IMG/VR virus record: IMGVR_UViG_3300030330_001767
Length of the DNA stretch: 64,000 nt
Strand: one strand, 5' to 3'
Origin: an uncultured virus (IMG/VR IMGVR_UViG_3300030330_001767)
Lineage: Duplodnaviria; Heunggongvirae; Uroviricota; Caudoviricetes
Position numbers and translations under genes: made by a program
Part shown: one piece after another, positions 7,512 to 17,785 of the stretch
Layout of the letters: each line of letters opens with the position of its first letter
Position numbering within the stretch: position 1 is the stretch's first letter
Notes under the pieces: model-generated
Databases searched by the model: none
What the model was told of the DNA's origin: nothing
What the model saw: only the letters and a program-made list of their open reading frames with translations

Positions 7512-8538
7512 GAGGTCTTTCGGACAGGCTTTCCAAGAGTGGGAAAGAAAAGCCGATGGACTTGCAGGTGATTCAATCGGGATGATTAGTCCCGAAGCCA
7601 GTGACATGAGTTTACTCGATGTAGTGAAGAATCAAGGAGTAACTGGAAGAATCAAAGGAAAGACTGGAAGTAAGATAAAGGGCAAAGGTGGAGTTGCTAT
7701 CTTCAAGGCGTTGAAGACTATCTTCTCTAAACCTGATATGTCGAAAGCACAGTTACCTGCTTTGAAAGCATTAGACAAACTAATGGATGGAATTGAGGGA
7801 AGTGCTGCTGACCCTCGTAACGTTGTATTCTCTAATCCAGTGGACTGGTCAGAAGACACTGGAAGAGTATTAGATACTGAACCTGTTTATGGTCATTATA
7901 GAACAGATGAGTATGAAACTGTTAGAGATTTGAAAGACGAGGATGTTCCCGCAGTTTCATCTGAATGGTATAATGATTCTAAGAATGCGGCGACACCACC
8001 ATTTTGGCAAGCACTTTATGGCAAAGGAACTAATGCTCCTTTCAATTCTCCAAGCCTACATATGATAATTAAACAGGCTATCAAAGATATTGAAGATGCC
8101 CCAATAATTATCAACAAGGATAACCCTGTTCCTATTGAGGGTAAGAAGGCTGCAACTACTGCCCTCACAATTTCTGTATTGAGAGCCATAGTAGAAACAG
8201 AGTTGAATAACGGAACAGAGGGTAAGTCATTTCCTGATAGTAAAGTTAGAAGATTGATTGTAGGACAGGCTCAAAACATAAAGAATGAGAAAGAGTCAGA
8301 TGCGGTTGAGAGCCTTAAGAGAATAAACGTTCCAAATGACATTGAGGAATGTTGGTTCAAGTTATCAAGAAGACAAGTTAAGTTGATGGCTTTTGAACTT
8401 GCTAAGAGAAAGGGCATCAAGATGCACTTCAAACAAGCAAGTGGAGATGTCGCGAGAAGCCCATTGGTTTTCGGAGAAAGACCTGACCCTGATACAGAAA
8501 AGAAATCTCTTGATTGGAAAGAGATGTTAGCGAGGTGA
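7426..8538 (+). CDS. Hypothetical protein, C-terminal DWKEMLAR
   Basis: 370-aa ORF, GTG start after GGAGGGGG. Confidence 0.85.
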   Translation: MVKGKRVSKDKGIKTKLPDGTDATINVSKRSFGQAFQEWERKADGLAGDSIGMISPEASDMSLLDVVKNQGVTGRIKGKTGSKIKGKGGVAIFKALKTIFSKPDMSKAQLPALKALDKLMDGIEGSAADPRNVVFSNPVDWSEDTGRVLDTEPVYGHYRTDEYETVRDLKDEDVPAVSSEWYNDSKNAATPPFWQALYGKGTNAPFNSPSLHMIIKQAIKDIEDAPIIINKDNPVPIEGKKAATTALTISVLRAIVETELNNGTEGKSFPDSKVRRLIVGQAQNIKNEKESDAVESLKRINVPNDIEECWFKLSRRQVKLMAFELAKRKGIKMHFKQASGDVARSPLVFGERPDPDTEKKSLDWKEMLAR

Positions 8539-8541
8539 TTA

Positions 8542-8628
8542 GTGTTGAAGTGTTGTAAAATGGAAATTTCATTTGATAATTGTTCTAATACAATGTGTCC
8601 CTATTGCGCGAATTACATAGAGAGGTGA
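8542..8628 (+). CDS. 28-aa Cys-rich microprotein (MLKCCK...CPYC)
   Basis: Hand-translated; GAGGTGA RBS. Confidence 0.45.
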   Translation: MLKCCKMEISFDNCSNTMCPYCANYIER

Positions 8629-8632
8629 GAGT

Positions 8633-8743
8633 TTGTTTTTGGGAGTCTGTTGTTTTTGTTTAGCGGTAACTCCCTTTGAGTCATCAATTTCTTCCGGTGA
8701 TTTTTGTGTTAGATGTGGAACATACGAGGGGGCGTTATCTTGA
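8633..8743 (+). CDS. 36-aa Zn-ribbon microprotein (CCFC...CVRC)
   Basis: Hand-translated. GAGGTGA RBS, TTG start, TTGA coupling to the next gene. Confidence 0.5.
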   Translation: MFLGVCCFCLAVTPFESSISSGDFCVRCGTYEGALS

Positions 8744-9399
8744 CTGTAACAAGAAAGAGATGTCGTCTTTGTATGCACGAAGACAGAGAAATCTTTGAGA
8801 GGGATTTGGAGAGTATGCACATTCACCCTGATGACTTGGATAGTAGGATGAACTGGCCTAGTGGGACATCTGCCAAACATCAGAGAAATCATATGGGCGG
8901 TTATGCTGATGCCTCTAATCCCAAGTGTGCATTATGTGTTTATGAGAATCGTTCAGAAATTGAACAGGAATTGTATTCGGGAGATATGACTCCTGAACTT
9001 GCCGCTAAGATAGTTGGTTGTTCAAAGGAGCAAGTAGTTAGACACATCAAGAAACATACACAACCATTGGTGCAAAAAGCGGCGGCACAAATATTGGCGA
9101 CAAAAGAAGTCAATGAGATAGACACACTCAGCAACAACATCGCTAGGTTGGATGGTAAGTTAGAGGCACTGTTTGAGATAGAAGACTTAGACCACAAAAC
9201 AATTGATTCAGTGACAAAGTTAGCAAAGGAAGTGAGAGAGTCGCTAAAGTATCTAATGGAGTTCAAGGGTAAACTCGTTCACAGAAGACAAGACACAATC
9301 ATCGTTCATCAGATGCAGATTATCAAAGAAGTGTTAGCACAGAATCATCCCGAAGTTTGGTTAGATGTTAGAAAGCAAATGGAGGATAAGTTACAATGA
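8740..9399 (+). CDS. Tandem Zn-finger/HTH plus coiled-coil protein; candidate terminase small subunit
   Basis: Two repeats of CxxC...HxxxH (CRLC..HQRNH, CALC..HIKKH) followed by a helical region; lies upstream of TerL. TerS role is inference. Confidence 0.5.
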   Translation: MTVTRKRCRLCMHEDREIFERDLESMHIHPDDLDSRMNWPSGTSAKHQRNHMGGYADASNPKCALCVYENRSEIEQELYSGDMTPELAAKIVGCSKEQVVRHIKKHTQPLVQKAAAQILATKEVNEIDTLSNNIARLDGKLEALFEIEDLDHKTIDSVTKLAKEVRESLKYLMEFKGKLVHRRQDTIIVHQMQIIKEVLAQNHPEVWLDVRKQMEDKLQ

Positions 9400-11216
9400 G
9401 TTACGGATACGGTTGGGCTTGGGAAGAACTTCTATTGAAGAAGCAGACTCTACGAGATAAGGTAGTTCAAGCATCCAAGAGTGGTAACTTCGATGAACTT
9501 CTTGAGAACCATAACTCTGCACAATTGCGTAGAGCGGTAAACACATTAGTAGACGACGGTATGAAGGAAGAAAAGTTTCAGCCTTTGTTGGATAAACTTG
9601 GAACTGCTAAGAGGGTTGATGGTAAAGACAATCCTGAATATGAAAGACCAAATGAAAAGGAAATAGAAATGTATGAATCTTTCATGGAAGGTAATCACGA
9701 AGAATTAGTTAAATTCCTAACAGAAGGTGGAAGAAACGCAGTAGGAAATAGAATTTCACGCTTGATAAAATGGAACTCTGAAAACGGAGATGTACTTCTG
9801 AAATACGTCAAGGATAAACCCGAACTCTATGGCTACATCACTAAGGATATAACACTCACACTACCAAATAACTTTGATAGAGATATCTTGGATGATTACC
9901 AATTTGTAATGGAGAGAGATATCAAGGTAACTTTACCTGAGTTCCTAACAATAGAACAAGGAAAGGCACTTGCAGGTGGTCAGCCATCACAACCAATTGA
10001 GAGAACTGCTTTTGCTAGAATCTTCAAAGCCCCTGAATACAAGGATAAGATTGTAGCAACTTCTATCAAATTAGAGGAAAGCACAATTGATGGTGGATTT
10101 GCAGCAGATTATCTGAACATGGTCGTAACTAATCTACGTGGTAATACAAGAGAACCATTCATGCCTACATTCTCAGTATCAGAAGCCCCTTCTTCGGGGC
10201 AAATCAGAGAAGCACAAAAGTTGTTCTTTGGTGCTAAGACTGGTGGAGGCACAAGTAGGATGTATCCCGCAATGGAGTATATTCTAAGAAATGAGAAGTT
10301 GGACTTGAATGTTGGTTTTGTTAGAACTCAAACTAAGGAAACGCTACAAGAAGTGGAGTTGGCTAATAAGTTTCAAAGGGCAGAGATAGACGATGACGAA
10401 TTGAATAAGTTATACAATAAGTTCGTCAAGACCAAGACTGATGAGGATGGTAATGTAACAAGTGTTACAGGTTATTCTAAGTTTAAACAGGCGGTTATTG
10501 ATGCAGGGCTTGAAGATGACTATAACAAGTTCTTGAAAGAAACCCAAGTCAGACGCTATACTCTACCTGTTGAGGTGAGAGATGCTTTAGTTGCTATGAT
10601 TGATAATGAAGCAGATGAAAAACAAGTTAGATTGGTGAAGTCCAAATTAGGACATTTATTCTCAAAGGTTGGTTTCAAGCGTTCAGTCAGAGAGATGCGT
10701 AAGAAGAAGGTAAACTATGGCGACCCTGATAAAATAAAAGAGGCTCTACTTTCTATGGAAGAAAAGGCAGAAGGAACTGTTTCTATAACAGATAAACTAT
10801 TCCTTGAGAGAGTTAACTTCCTATTCGATGATGTAGACCAAGACCCATTGGGTAATTTCCTTTCGGGAATGGATAGTGGTGGTAAGTTTAGATTAAAGGA
10901 TATGCAACTTTCTTCTAAGCAGGTTCTACAATTTTCAGATTTATTGGTTATGGTTCTACAATTATCGAGAAAGATGTTGAGGGATTCTAAGTTACAAATG
11001 TCCTTGAAGAGATTACTTAGGGAAACAGATGCTAAGAAAAGGAAAGAAGCAGAAGACGAGTTCAAGACAAAACTATCAGAATCATATTCTAAAATACATA
11101 AGGGTGTATTAGACGCAATAAGAAGAAAGATGGTGCAAGTGATGGAAGAACCACTACTACACAATAAGTCAGGAGCAATTCAACCATACGATTGGATTAA
11201 CGAGAACAGGAGTTGA
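9396..11216 (+). CDS. Large helical hypothetical protein (possible virion internal protein)
   Basis: 606-aa ORF; N-terminal AWEELLLK. Confidence 0.85.
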   Translation: MSYGYGWAWEELLLKKQTLRDKVVQASKSGNFDELLENHNSAQLRRAVNTLVDDGMKEEKFQPLLDKLGTAKRVDGKDNPEYERPNEKEIEMYESFMEGNHEELVKFLTEGGRNAVGNRISRLIKWNSENGDVLLKYVKDKPELYGYITKDITLTLPNNFDRDILDDYQFVMERDIKVTLPEFLTIEQGKALAGGQPSQPIERTAFARIFKAPEYKDKIVATSIKLEESTIDGGFAADYLNMVVTNLRGNTREPFMPTFSVSEAPSSGQIREAQKLFFGAKTGGGTSRMYPAMEYILRNEKLDLNVGFVRTQTKETLQEVELANKFQRAEIDDDELNKLYNKFVKTKTDEDGNVTSVTGYSKFKQAVIDAGLEDDYNKFLKETQVRRYTLPVEVRDALVAMIDNEADEKQVRLVKSKLGHLFSKVGFKRSVREMRKKKVNYGDPDKIKEALLSMEEKAEGTVSITDKLFLERVNFLFDDVDQDPLGNFLSGMDSGGKFRLKDMQLSSKQVLQFSDLLVMVLQLSRKMLRDSKLQMSLKRLLRETDAKKRKEAEDEFKTKLSESYSKIHKGVLDAIRRKMVQVMEEPLLHNKSGAIQPYDWINENRS

Positions 11217-11220
11217 GCAA

Positions 11221-13926
11221 ATGATATCAGATGAAGAACTATACAACGCATTTAGGATTTTGATGCTTGAGCCTGATGAGTTCGATGAGTTTACTGAGAG
11301 GATGGTTGCTGAACAGTATAAAGATGAAGACCCTAAAGCAATAGCAGAAAAGGTTGAATTAGAAGCAGATGATAGAGCAGAAGAGTATCTTAGGTCTTTC
11401 AAGCCTGAGTTCCTATACAACTTGATTAAAGATGATGCAGACTTCATGGAGAATGGGAAGTTATCTTCTAAGTATCAAAAGTCAGGTAAACAATTGGGAG
11501 AACTAACTCAATTGTTGATAGAGGACATTTCTTCCAAACACGAAGAGTTTGAAGAAATACCCGATGCTATCAGAAATAACATGATTAAGAAATTATTAGA
11601 ATTAGGTGGAGTATCAGGTAGAGTTTTGACCACTGACTTAGAAGAAGCAACAACTGACCCTAGTAGGTCTATTGCGGTTGATGTTAAGAGGTTAGACAAA
11701 GTTTTGAGGGCTTTCTTAGATGACACTGGTAAACAGTTAACGTATAAGAATACAATAGAACAAGAAAGGGACTTGAGTAGAGTTTCGTTGAAGAATAGAA
11801 ACATAAGAAAGAAAGAAGTAGAACAGATGAAGTATATTCTTGAAAATCAAAAACCTTCTGTCAGGGACAGACTTTCACCGTTAATGGTTGTATTGAGACA
11901 ATTCGATAAGGTAGAAGAGAGAATAATTCAATTAGACGCTGACCAAATAATTGGTGAGTTGGATTTGAAGATGTTGAATAGAAGAAACAGAATCTATTCG
12001 TTTTGGAAAGAACATCAAGGTAAGTATGAAGATTTCAAAGAAGCGTATAATGATTGTAATACAGCATTCGCTAAAATATTACTGCCTTTGATTCAAGAGA
12101 ACAAAGAAGACAAGGAAATCCAAGAGTTCAGAAAAATATTGGATGAGTTCTTGAAGTTTGAATCAGCAATAAATAATGATGAATTAAATTATGTTGTTAA
12201 ATTCAAACCAAAAGACATGGAAGTTTACTTTAGGAATCACAAGGGACTTGCTCTATATGAGAAGTTCATGGAAGATAGCGGTTTAGTTCGTGGTGAAACA
12301 AGAGAAGACGAAGATAGGAAAGCAAGAAGTGAAGGATATTACGATGAGGAAACTGGTGAATTTAAGGAAACTATTACCGTAGAAGGTGTTCAAACTCTTG
12401 ATTCTGAGGAAGAGGTAATGGAAGCAGAAAGGAAAAAAGAAATGGAAGAACTTTCACTCTTCGGTGCAAAACTAAAGAGACTTGAAAGTAAGAAGGTAGA
12501 CCCACTATACTATCACGCATTCACTAAGGAATCAGGAGCATTCAAGGATACTGTTGCTTTCACTCAAGATATTCAAGCAATTCGTGAAGCCATGTTAGGT
12601 GCGGGAGCAGTTAGAGAAATGGCTACTGGTATTGATATGGATGATGAGATAAATGATTACGTCAACCAATTAGAAAGAACATTAGCAAGAGGAGGAAATG
12701 GCCCATATTATCTGCCATTATCTGAATCTGTTAGTAAGTTTGCAATCGAAGAGAACTGGAATGCTGACCCTCTTAGCCTGAATACAGCAAGAGGAATCAA
12801 CAATCGTCTTAGACAGATTGGAGACTTCTTGGATAATCTCAGCCAAATCTTAGATGCAGGGGATGATTTGGATAGAGCGTCAGCACCCAGTTCTGCAATT
12901 GCAGATAAACAAGGAGAAGGAGTACCGAGTCAAAAGATGCCTCATCTTGGAACAAAGAATAGAAAAGACCATCTCGATAAAATCGAAGAGGCAAGAGAAG
13001 AGTTTGATGATTTGATAGAAGCAGTGTTAGATTACTTCGTAGTCCCTATGAGTGGTTCAAACAAACCATTCGATGACCCTCTACCTTTCGACACAAAGAC
13101 AAATAAAACCCGTAGGATTTTCAGAGCATTGGCAACAGGAAAAACCGATACTGCCTTGTTCAAGGTATTAGCATTGGAAGGCAGAGCAGGGTATACAATG
13201 GTGAAAGCCGAAGAGTTAGAGAGCCTAACGAGAATGTTGGAGTTTTTACAAGATATAGAAGGTAGGAAAGATTTGCCTACTTTGGTCAATCAATTAGAAA
13301 AGGGAATCAAAACTGTTAATTTCATAATGCTAAACAAAAGAGGTTCTGCGTTAGCAGAGGAAACTATGGTAGAGTTTGGTCATTATCTACATGAAGTCTT
13401 AGAGGCTAATGATATTTCTTGGCCTTCTGATATGAAGTTCCCTGATAACAGTAGAGGAAAAACTCCCGAAGAGTGGAGTAAGATGTATGATGTTGGTAAG
13501 GTATATCCATTTGAAGCGATAGAAACTCACATCAAGAGAAACATTGGAGGATACTCAGATAGTATGAGAACAATGGTTAGAGGTAGTGATAGGAGAGGAA
13601 AAGGCTCTAACACTATCGTTCAAAGATTCATCAATGCAATAGATGGAATGAAGATTCTTAGAAGTGAAAAGGAAAACACAATCCTATCCGTTCATGACGA
13701 GATTCGTAAGATGATGGGTAAACCCGTATATTACAACAATGCTAAGTTGGACAACTATGACCATGTGAATAGTGCAATTGATTTAATGAAATCAAGATTC
13801 AAGGTTGATGTGACTGCACATGAAGTAGAGTCCATTGTAGGTGAATTGAACTCAATGGAAGAATTGAGCAAAAAGCATGGTGTTCCAAAGGAAGGTGTAT
13901 ATTTCTTGAAGGCTAATTTCAGGTGA
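11221..13926 (+). CDS. Large acidic helical hypothetical protein with possible C-terminal HTH
   Basis: 901-aa ORF; ends MEELSKKHGVPKEGVYFLK. Confidence 0.85.
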   Translation: MISDEELYNAFRILMLEPDEFDEFTERMVAEQYKDEDPKAIAEKVELEADDRAEEYLRSFKPEFLYNLIKDDADFMENGKLSSKYQKSGKQLGELTQLLIEDISSKHEEFEEIPDAIRNNMIKKLLELGGVSGRVLTTDLEEATTDPSRSIAVDVKRLDKVLRAFLDDTGKQLTYKNTIEQERDLSRVSLKNRNIRKKEVEQMKYILENQKPSVRDRLSPLMVVLRQFDKVEERIIQLDADQIIGELDLKMLNRRNRIYSFWKEHQGKYEDFKEAYNDCNTAFAKILLPLIQENKEDKEIQEFRKILDEFLKFESAINNDELNYVVKFKPKDMEVYFRNHKGLALYEKFMEDSGLVRGETREDEDRKARSEGYYDEETGEFKETITVEGVQTLDSEEEVMEAERKKEMEELSLFGAKLKRLESKKVDPLYYHAFTKESGAFKDTVAFTQDIQAIREAMLGAGAVREMATGIDMDDEINDYVNQLERTLARGGNGPYYLPLSESVSKFAIEENWNADPLSLNTARGINNRLRQIGDFLDNLSQILDAGDDLDRASAPSSAIADKQGEGVPSQKMPHLGTKNRKDHLDKIEEAREEFDDLIEAVLDYFVVPMSGSNKPFDDPLPFDTKTNKTRRIFRALATGKTDTALFKVLALEGRAGYTMVKAEELESLTRMLEFLQDIEGRKDLPTLVNQLEKGIKTVNFIMLNKRGSALAEETMVEFGHYLHEVLEANDISWPSDMKFPDNSRGKTPEEWSKMYDVGKVYPFEAIETHIKRNIGGYSDSMRTMVRGSDRRGKGSNTIVQRFINAIDGMKILRSEKENTILSVHDEIRKMMGKPVYYNNAKLDNYDHVNSAIDLMKSRFKVDVTAHEVESIVGELNSMEELSKKHGVPKEGVYFLKANFR

Positions 13927-13930
13927 TAAA

Positions 13931-14431
13931 ATGTTAGAGTTTCAAGAGATGTCTGAGGATGATGCCGTTAGAGTATTCTTAGATGACGGGTATTATGAAT
14001 ACAAAAAAAGAAGAGAACGTTATCAAAGGATATCTCCTAATTCATCTTGGGCTACTGCACCTGCAAGAATGTTTGTTGGTTTTTTAGAAGATAAACCAGT
14101 AGGAGTCATTGGTTTTGCTCCATACAAAGGAGTTCTTTTGGGAGCAGGTATTCATGTTAGAAGAGGATTCAGAGGTAGAGGATTAGCGCAGTTATTAGTT
14201 CAAAAATTAGTAGAGGAAAAAGGAGGACAAACTCTTTTTGCTAATATTGCTAATCCAAGAATTGCTAACACGTACAGAAGATATGGGTTCAAAGATATGA
14301 ATGAAGAAGAGTTACCCGATGACTCAAGAAATGCTATTCGGGGATTAGAGTTCGCAGACCAAGTTCAGAAATGGGTTTGGGGAGTTCATCGAGATGTTTG
14401 GTTTGACGTGGTGAAAAATGGAATTAGATGA
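13931..14431 (+). CDS. GNAT-family acetyltransferase
   Basis: Acetyl-CoA motif A IHVRRGFRGRGLAQLL; N..I...Y.RYGF motif B. Confidence 0.85.
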   Translation: MLEFQEMSEDDAVRVFLDDGYYEYKKRRERYQRISPNSSWATAPARMFVGFLEDKPVGVIGFAPYKGVLLGAGIHVRRGFRGRGLAQLLVQKLVEEKGGQTLFANIANPRIANTYRRYGFKDMNEEELPDDSRNAIRGLEFADQVQKWVWGVHRDVWFDVVKNGIR

Positions 14432-15851
14432 TTTAGATTTTGTTTCAGCAATGGATATGGAACTATCTAAAACTTCATTTCCATATTTTTTTCAAAATGT
14501 TCTTGGAATGATGTTTCCTCCGTATATGCAAGAATGGTTAGAGTCAATGGAGAAAACAGATAGAACCGTTATTGTTTGTAGTCGCGACCACGGAAAATCT
14601 GTTTTTATGCACAGTTGGGTAGTGTGGAATCTTGTGTTTCAAGAACCACCATATCAAATGCTTTACATTTCTTCTAACCAAAAGCAGACTCTTGTTCACA
14701 TGAGAGAAATTGACAGATACTTCAACCACCCTGCTCTTAAAAAATACAAGCCCAGTAGGGGTTGGGCTATTGGTAACATTCAGTTAACAAACGGTAACGC
14801 TATCTTGGAGCGTTCCGTTGGTTCTCAAATCAGAGGACTTCACCCACAGGAGATTATTATTGACGACCCTTTGAAGGAGTTTAGCCTTGCAGGTATTCAA
14901 CGAGTTACAGATTGGTTCTTTGGGGATATGATACCAACACTTCATCATACATCTAAGTTGAGAATGATTGGAACTCCGTTTACCTACACAGATATTTTTG
15001 CTCAGTTAGAGGAGAATGAAGCATATTCTGTTCAGAAGTATCCATGTCTAAACTCTTTGAATGAACCACTTTGGCCTGAACGTTGGGGTTATGACGCATT
15101 GATGAAAAGAAAAGCAGAGATAGGTTCTCTCAAGTTTACAAGAGAATATCTCTGTGTCCCTATTTCTACTGGAACTGCTTTATTTAATCCTGAGTTCATA
15201 GAGAAGTGCAAGAACAAAGATTACGTTTTGAAACTTGGACATCGTAAAGAAAAGGGATACAAGTATTATGTTGGAGTTGACCCTGCTATCTCAACTGATG
15301 GTGACTATAATGTAATTACAGTTTTAGAGGTTGATGAAAATAAAAACAAAACCATAGTTCATGTAGATAGGGCTAAGAATGTAGATTTTAGAGAGAACAT
15401 AGAGAAGATTAGATTGATTGGTAAAATCTTTGAACCCGAAGAAGTTCTCTATGAAACCAACACTTTCGCAAAAGCATTTACACAAGAACTACGAAACATA
15501 TCTGACTTGAATGTTAGAGATTTTACAACTACAAGAAAAAAGAAACAGGAAATAATTCTGAGTCTTCAAATGAATATAGAAAACGGGAAAATAAATTTTC
15601 CATATGGTGATAATGCGAGTAGAAGACTAACCAATGCTTTGATAGAAGAACTGTCTATGTTCTCTATTACTGCTGCCGGAAAATTTGAGGGTGTAGGAGC
15701 GCATGACGACTTAGTTATGAGTTTAGCATTAGCAGTGGCTTGTGCTACAAAGACATCAGATGTGTTCATGTTGTTGGATGATATGGGAATATTTGATGAA
15801 CCTAAGCCAATGAACAGGTCTTTAGGCGGAATGATGGGGCTGAACTTCTAG
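14418..15851 (+). CDS. terL: Terminase large subunit
   Basis: Walker A SRDHGKS, Walker B IIIDD, coupling motif GTP, RNase H nuclease YVGVDPA...HDDLVMSLALA. Confidence 0.95.
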   Translation: MELDDLDFVSAMDMELSKTSFPYFFQNVLGMMFPPYMQEWLESMEKTDRTVIVCSRDHGKSVFMHSWVVWNLVFQEPPYQMLYISSNQKQTLVHMREIDRYFNHPALKKYKPSRGWAIGNIQLTNGNAILERSVGSQIRGLHPQEIIIDDPLKEFSLAGIQRVTDWFFGDMIPTLHHTSKLRMIGTPFTYTDIFAQLEENEAYSVQKYPCLNSLNEPLWPERWGYDALMKRKAEIGSLKFTREYLCVPISTGTALFNPEFIEKCKNKDYVLKLGHRKEKGYKYYVGVDPAISTDGDYNVITVLEVDENKNKTIVHVDRAKNVDFRENIEKIRLIGKIFEPEEVLYETNTFAKAFTQELRNISDLNVRDFTTTRKKKQEIILSLQMNIENGKINFPYGDNASRRLTNALIEELSMFSITAAGKFEGVGAHDDLVMSLALAVACATKTSDVFMLLDDMGIFDEPKPMNRSLGGMMGLNF

Positions 15852-15863
15852 GGGGGTAGGTGC

Positions 15864-17192
15864 GTGGCAGAGAAAGATAGCGAAATCTTAGAAGAAGTTC
15901 TTGAGCAAACAAAGCGAAAAGAGACTTTAGAAGAAGAAATCGAACAACGAACTAAGGATTTGAAACGTTCTTGGCTATCGAATGTTCCAATAGAAGACCA
16001 CAGTATTTTGGAAAAGAAATACGCAGAAGATTTCAGAATGAGTTTATCTGATGCAAGAAAGGAATTGAAGTATACTTTGACTAAGTATGAGATTGAAGGT
16101 TCTGACATTCCTAGAACAGTAAAGCAATTGAAAAAATACCGAAGGACTCTCAAAGGAGAGGACAAGGTAAAGATTACTAATTCAATTGAGAATTTAATCA
16201 AAGCATATTCTGACCATTTGGATAGAAGCATGGATAACATCTACTGGATTAGTAAATACAAACCAGTTCTCAAAGACATGACTTGCTCAGAAGATAATCT
16301 AATCAAACTATCATATGTTGACGATGCAACCACAAGGCGAGAACTAATTGATACTCTCTGTAAATATTGGGAAGCAAAAATAGAGAAGGAGGATATGCCC
16401 TTCAATTCTGATTACTCAAGATTGACAAAGGAGATGACTAACACAAAAAGACAATTCAAAAGATTGTTGAAGAAGCATATGAAAACCACTTCTCCAAAGG
16501 ATAAAATCAAACATCACATTCTAAAATCTATATGTGAAGAACCCGGAATATCTGCAAGGCAGATACATGAGAGACTACCAAAGAATCTCTTTACAAAAAC
16601 GACTCCAAACGTAATTGCAAAAATGGCTAAACAAGAAAATATTACTACTGTTAACGGTGCTTTCTACAAGTTTAGTGATGAGATAAAGAAAGATATCTAT
16701 GCTTATACTGCTGCATTCATTGACTCAGATGGCTACATTACAATGGATAAGAATTACAATCCAAGAGTCGGTTTAGTTGCAACCGGAGAAAGAGGCAAGG
16801 CTTTCATGATAGAGATGCACAAGTCATTAGGATGTGGTAGATTACATCTCGACCAAAAATCTCCACAGGATACAAGACCAGTGAACAGATTGAACTTTTA
16901 CTCAGGTGATGATGTTACAGAACTACTAACAAAATGTAGGCCACATTTCAGAATGAAAGGTAAGAATGCTGATATTCTGTTAGAGTTAATCAGGATGAAG
17001 AAATCACATAAGAAGGCTGATTGGTATAATGAAAGGAGAGAAGAACTCTTCAAGTTGATGAAATATGAGAATCATAAAGACCACGTAGGTTATGATTTCA
17101 CACGATATGATATTGACATTGATACTGTTGCCAAACTACATGACAACTGTAAGATGGGTGCAATGGATGTTATCGAGGGGGTGATTGCATAA
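15864..17192 (+). CDS. Helical N-domain, winged HTH and single-motif LAGLIDADG domain protein
   Basis: YAYTAAFIDSDGYI (LAGLIDADG); ILKSICEEPGISARQIHERL (HTH). Confidence 0.8.
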   Translation: MAEKDSEILEEVLEQTKRKETLEEEIEQRTKDLKRSWLSNVPIEDHSILEKKYAEDFRMSLSDARKELKYTLTKYEIEGSDIPRTVKQLKKYRRTLKGEDKVKITNSIENLIKAYSDHLDRSMDNIYWISKYKPVLKDMTCSEDNLIKLSYVDDATTRRELIDTLCKYWEAKIEKEDMPFNSDYSRLTKEMTNTKRQFKRLLKKHMKTTSPKDKIKHHILKSICEEPGISARQIHERLPKNLFTKTTPNVIAKMAKQENITTVNGAFYKFSDEIKKDIYAYTAAFIDSDGYITMDKNYNPRVGLVATGERGKAFMIEMHKSLGCGRLHLDQKSPQDTRPVNRLNFYSGDDVTELLTKCRPHFRMKGKNADILLELIRMKKSHKKADWYNERREELFKLMKYENHKDHVGYDFTRYDIDIDTVAKLHDNCKMGAMDVIEGVIA

Positions 17193-17785
17193 CTTGGTTT
17201 AGCATTCTGAAAAAAGATAACAGTGGTTGGGTTGGAGAGTTAGATGACTCAAAGAAAAAATATCTAAAAATGACACCTAAAATTAAAGTTAAGATTCCTG
17301 ATTTTGAGTATCCTGATGAGAAAACAGAGATACCTAAAATATTAGATGCAATGAAAAATAAAAAACTAAAACCTACTGAAATGGAAGAGACAGATAAAGA
17401 AGCAAAAAATATGTTATTTAGTTTGGTAGAAGATAGTAAAGAAAATTACAAAGACCTTATCAGAGATTTGAAAATATATACTACTAAGCAGAAAGTAAAG
17501 TACAACAGGAAAAGACCATATCAAGTAACAGATAAAATAAAAATGCCTAAAACTACAACCATAAACACTCCATCTTTTCCAAGTGGACACTCGATTGAAG
17601 CATTTGGAATTGCTACTGCTTTAGCCCACAAGTTTCCTGAGAAGAAAAAAGAACTGATGGAAGTTGCTGAAAAGATATCAGATGCAAGAGTGGAGATGGG
17701 AGTTCACTACCATTCTGATAAAAATGTAGGAAAGCAAATAGGAGAGATGATTGGTAGAGCGTATGTAAAGGAGGCGATGTCATGA
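17189..17785 (+). CDS. PAP2/acid phosphatase-haloperoxidase superfamily enzyme (probable ATA start at 17189; first ATG at 17270)
   Basis: KVKYNRKRP (Kx6RP), PSFPSGH, ARVEMGVHYHSD. Confidence 0.85.
   Translation: MTWFSILKKDNSGWVGELDDSKKKYLKMTPKIKVKIPDFEYPDEKTEIPKILDAMKNKKLKPTEMEETDKEAKNMLFSLVEDSKENYKDLIRDLKIYTTKQKVKYNRKRPYQVTDKIKMPKTTTINTPSFPSGHSIEAFGIATALAHKFPEKKKELMEVAEKISDARVEMGVHYHSDKNVGKQIGEMIGRAYVKEAMS

Noticed and set aside
15864..17192. Intein or group I intron associated with the LAGLIDADG domain
   Set aside because: TerL is complete with its own stop; there is no N-terminal Cys or C-terminal His-Asn splice motif, and no flanking room for intron RNA.
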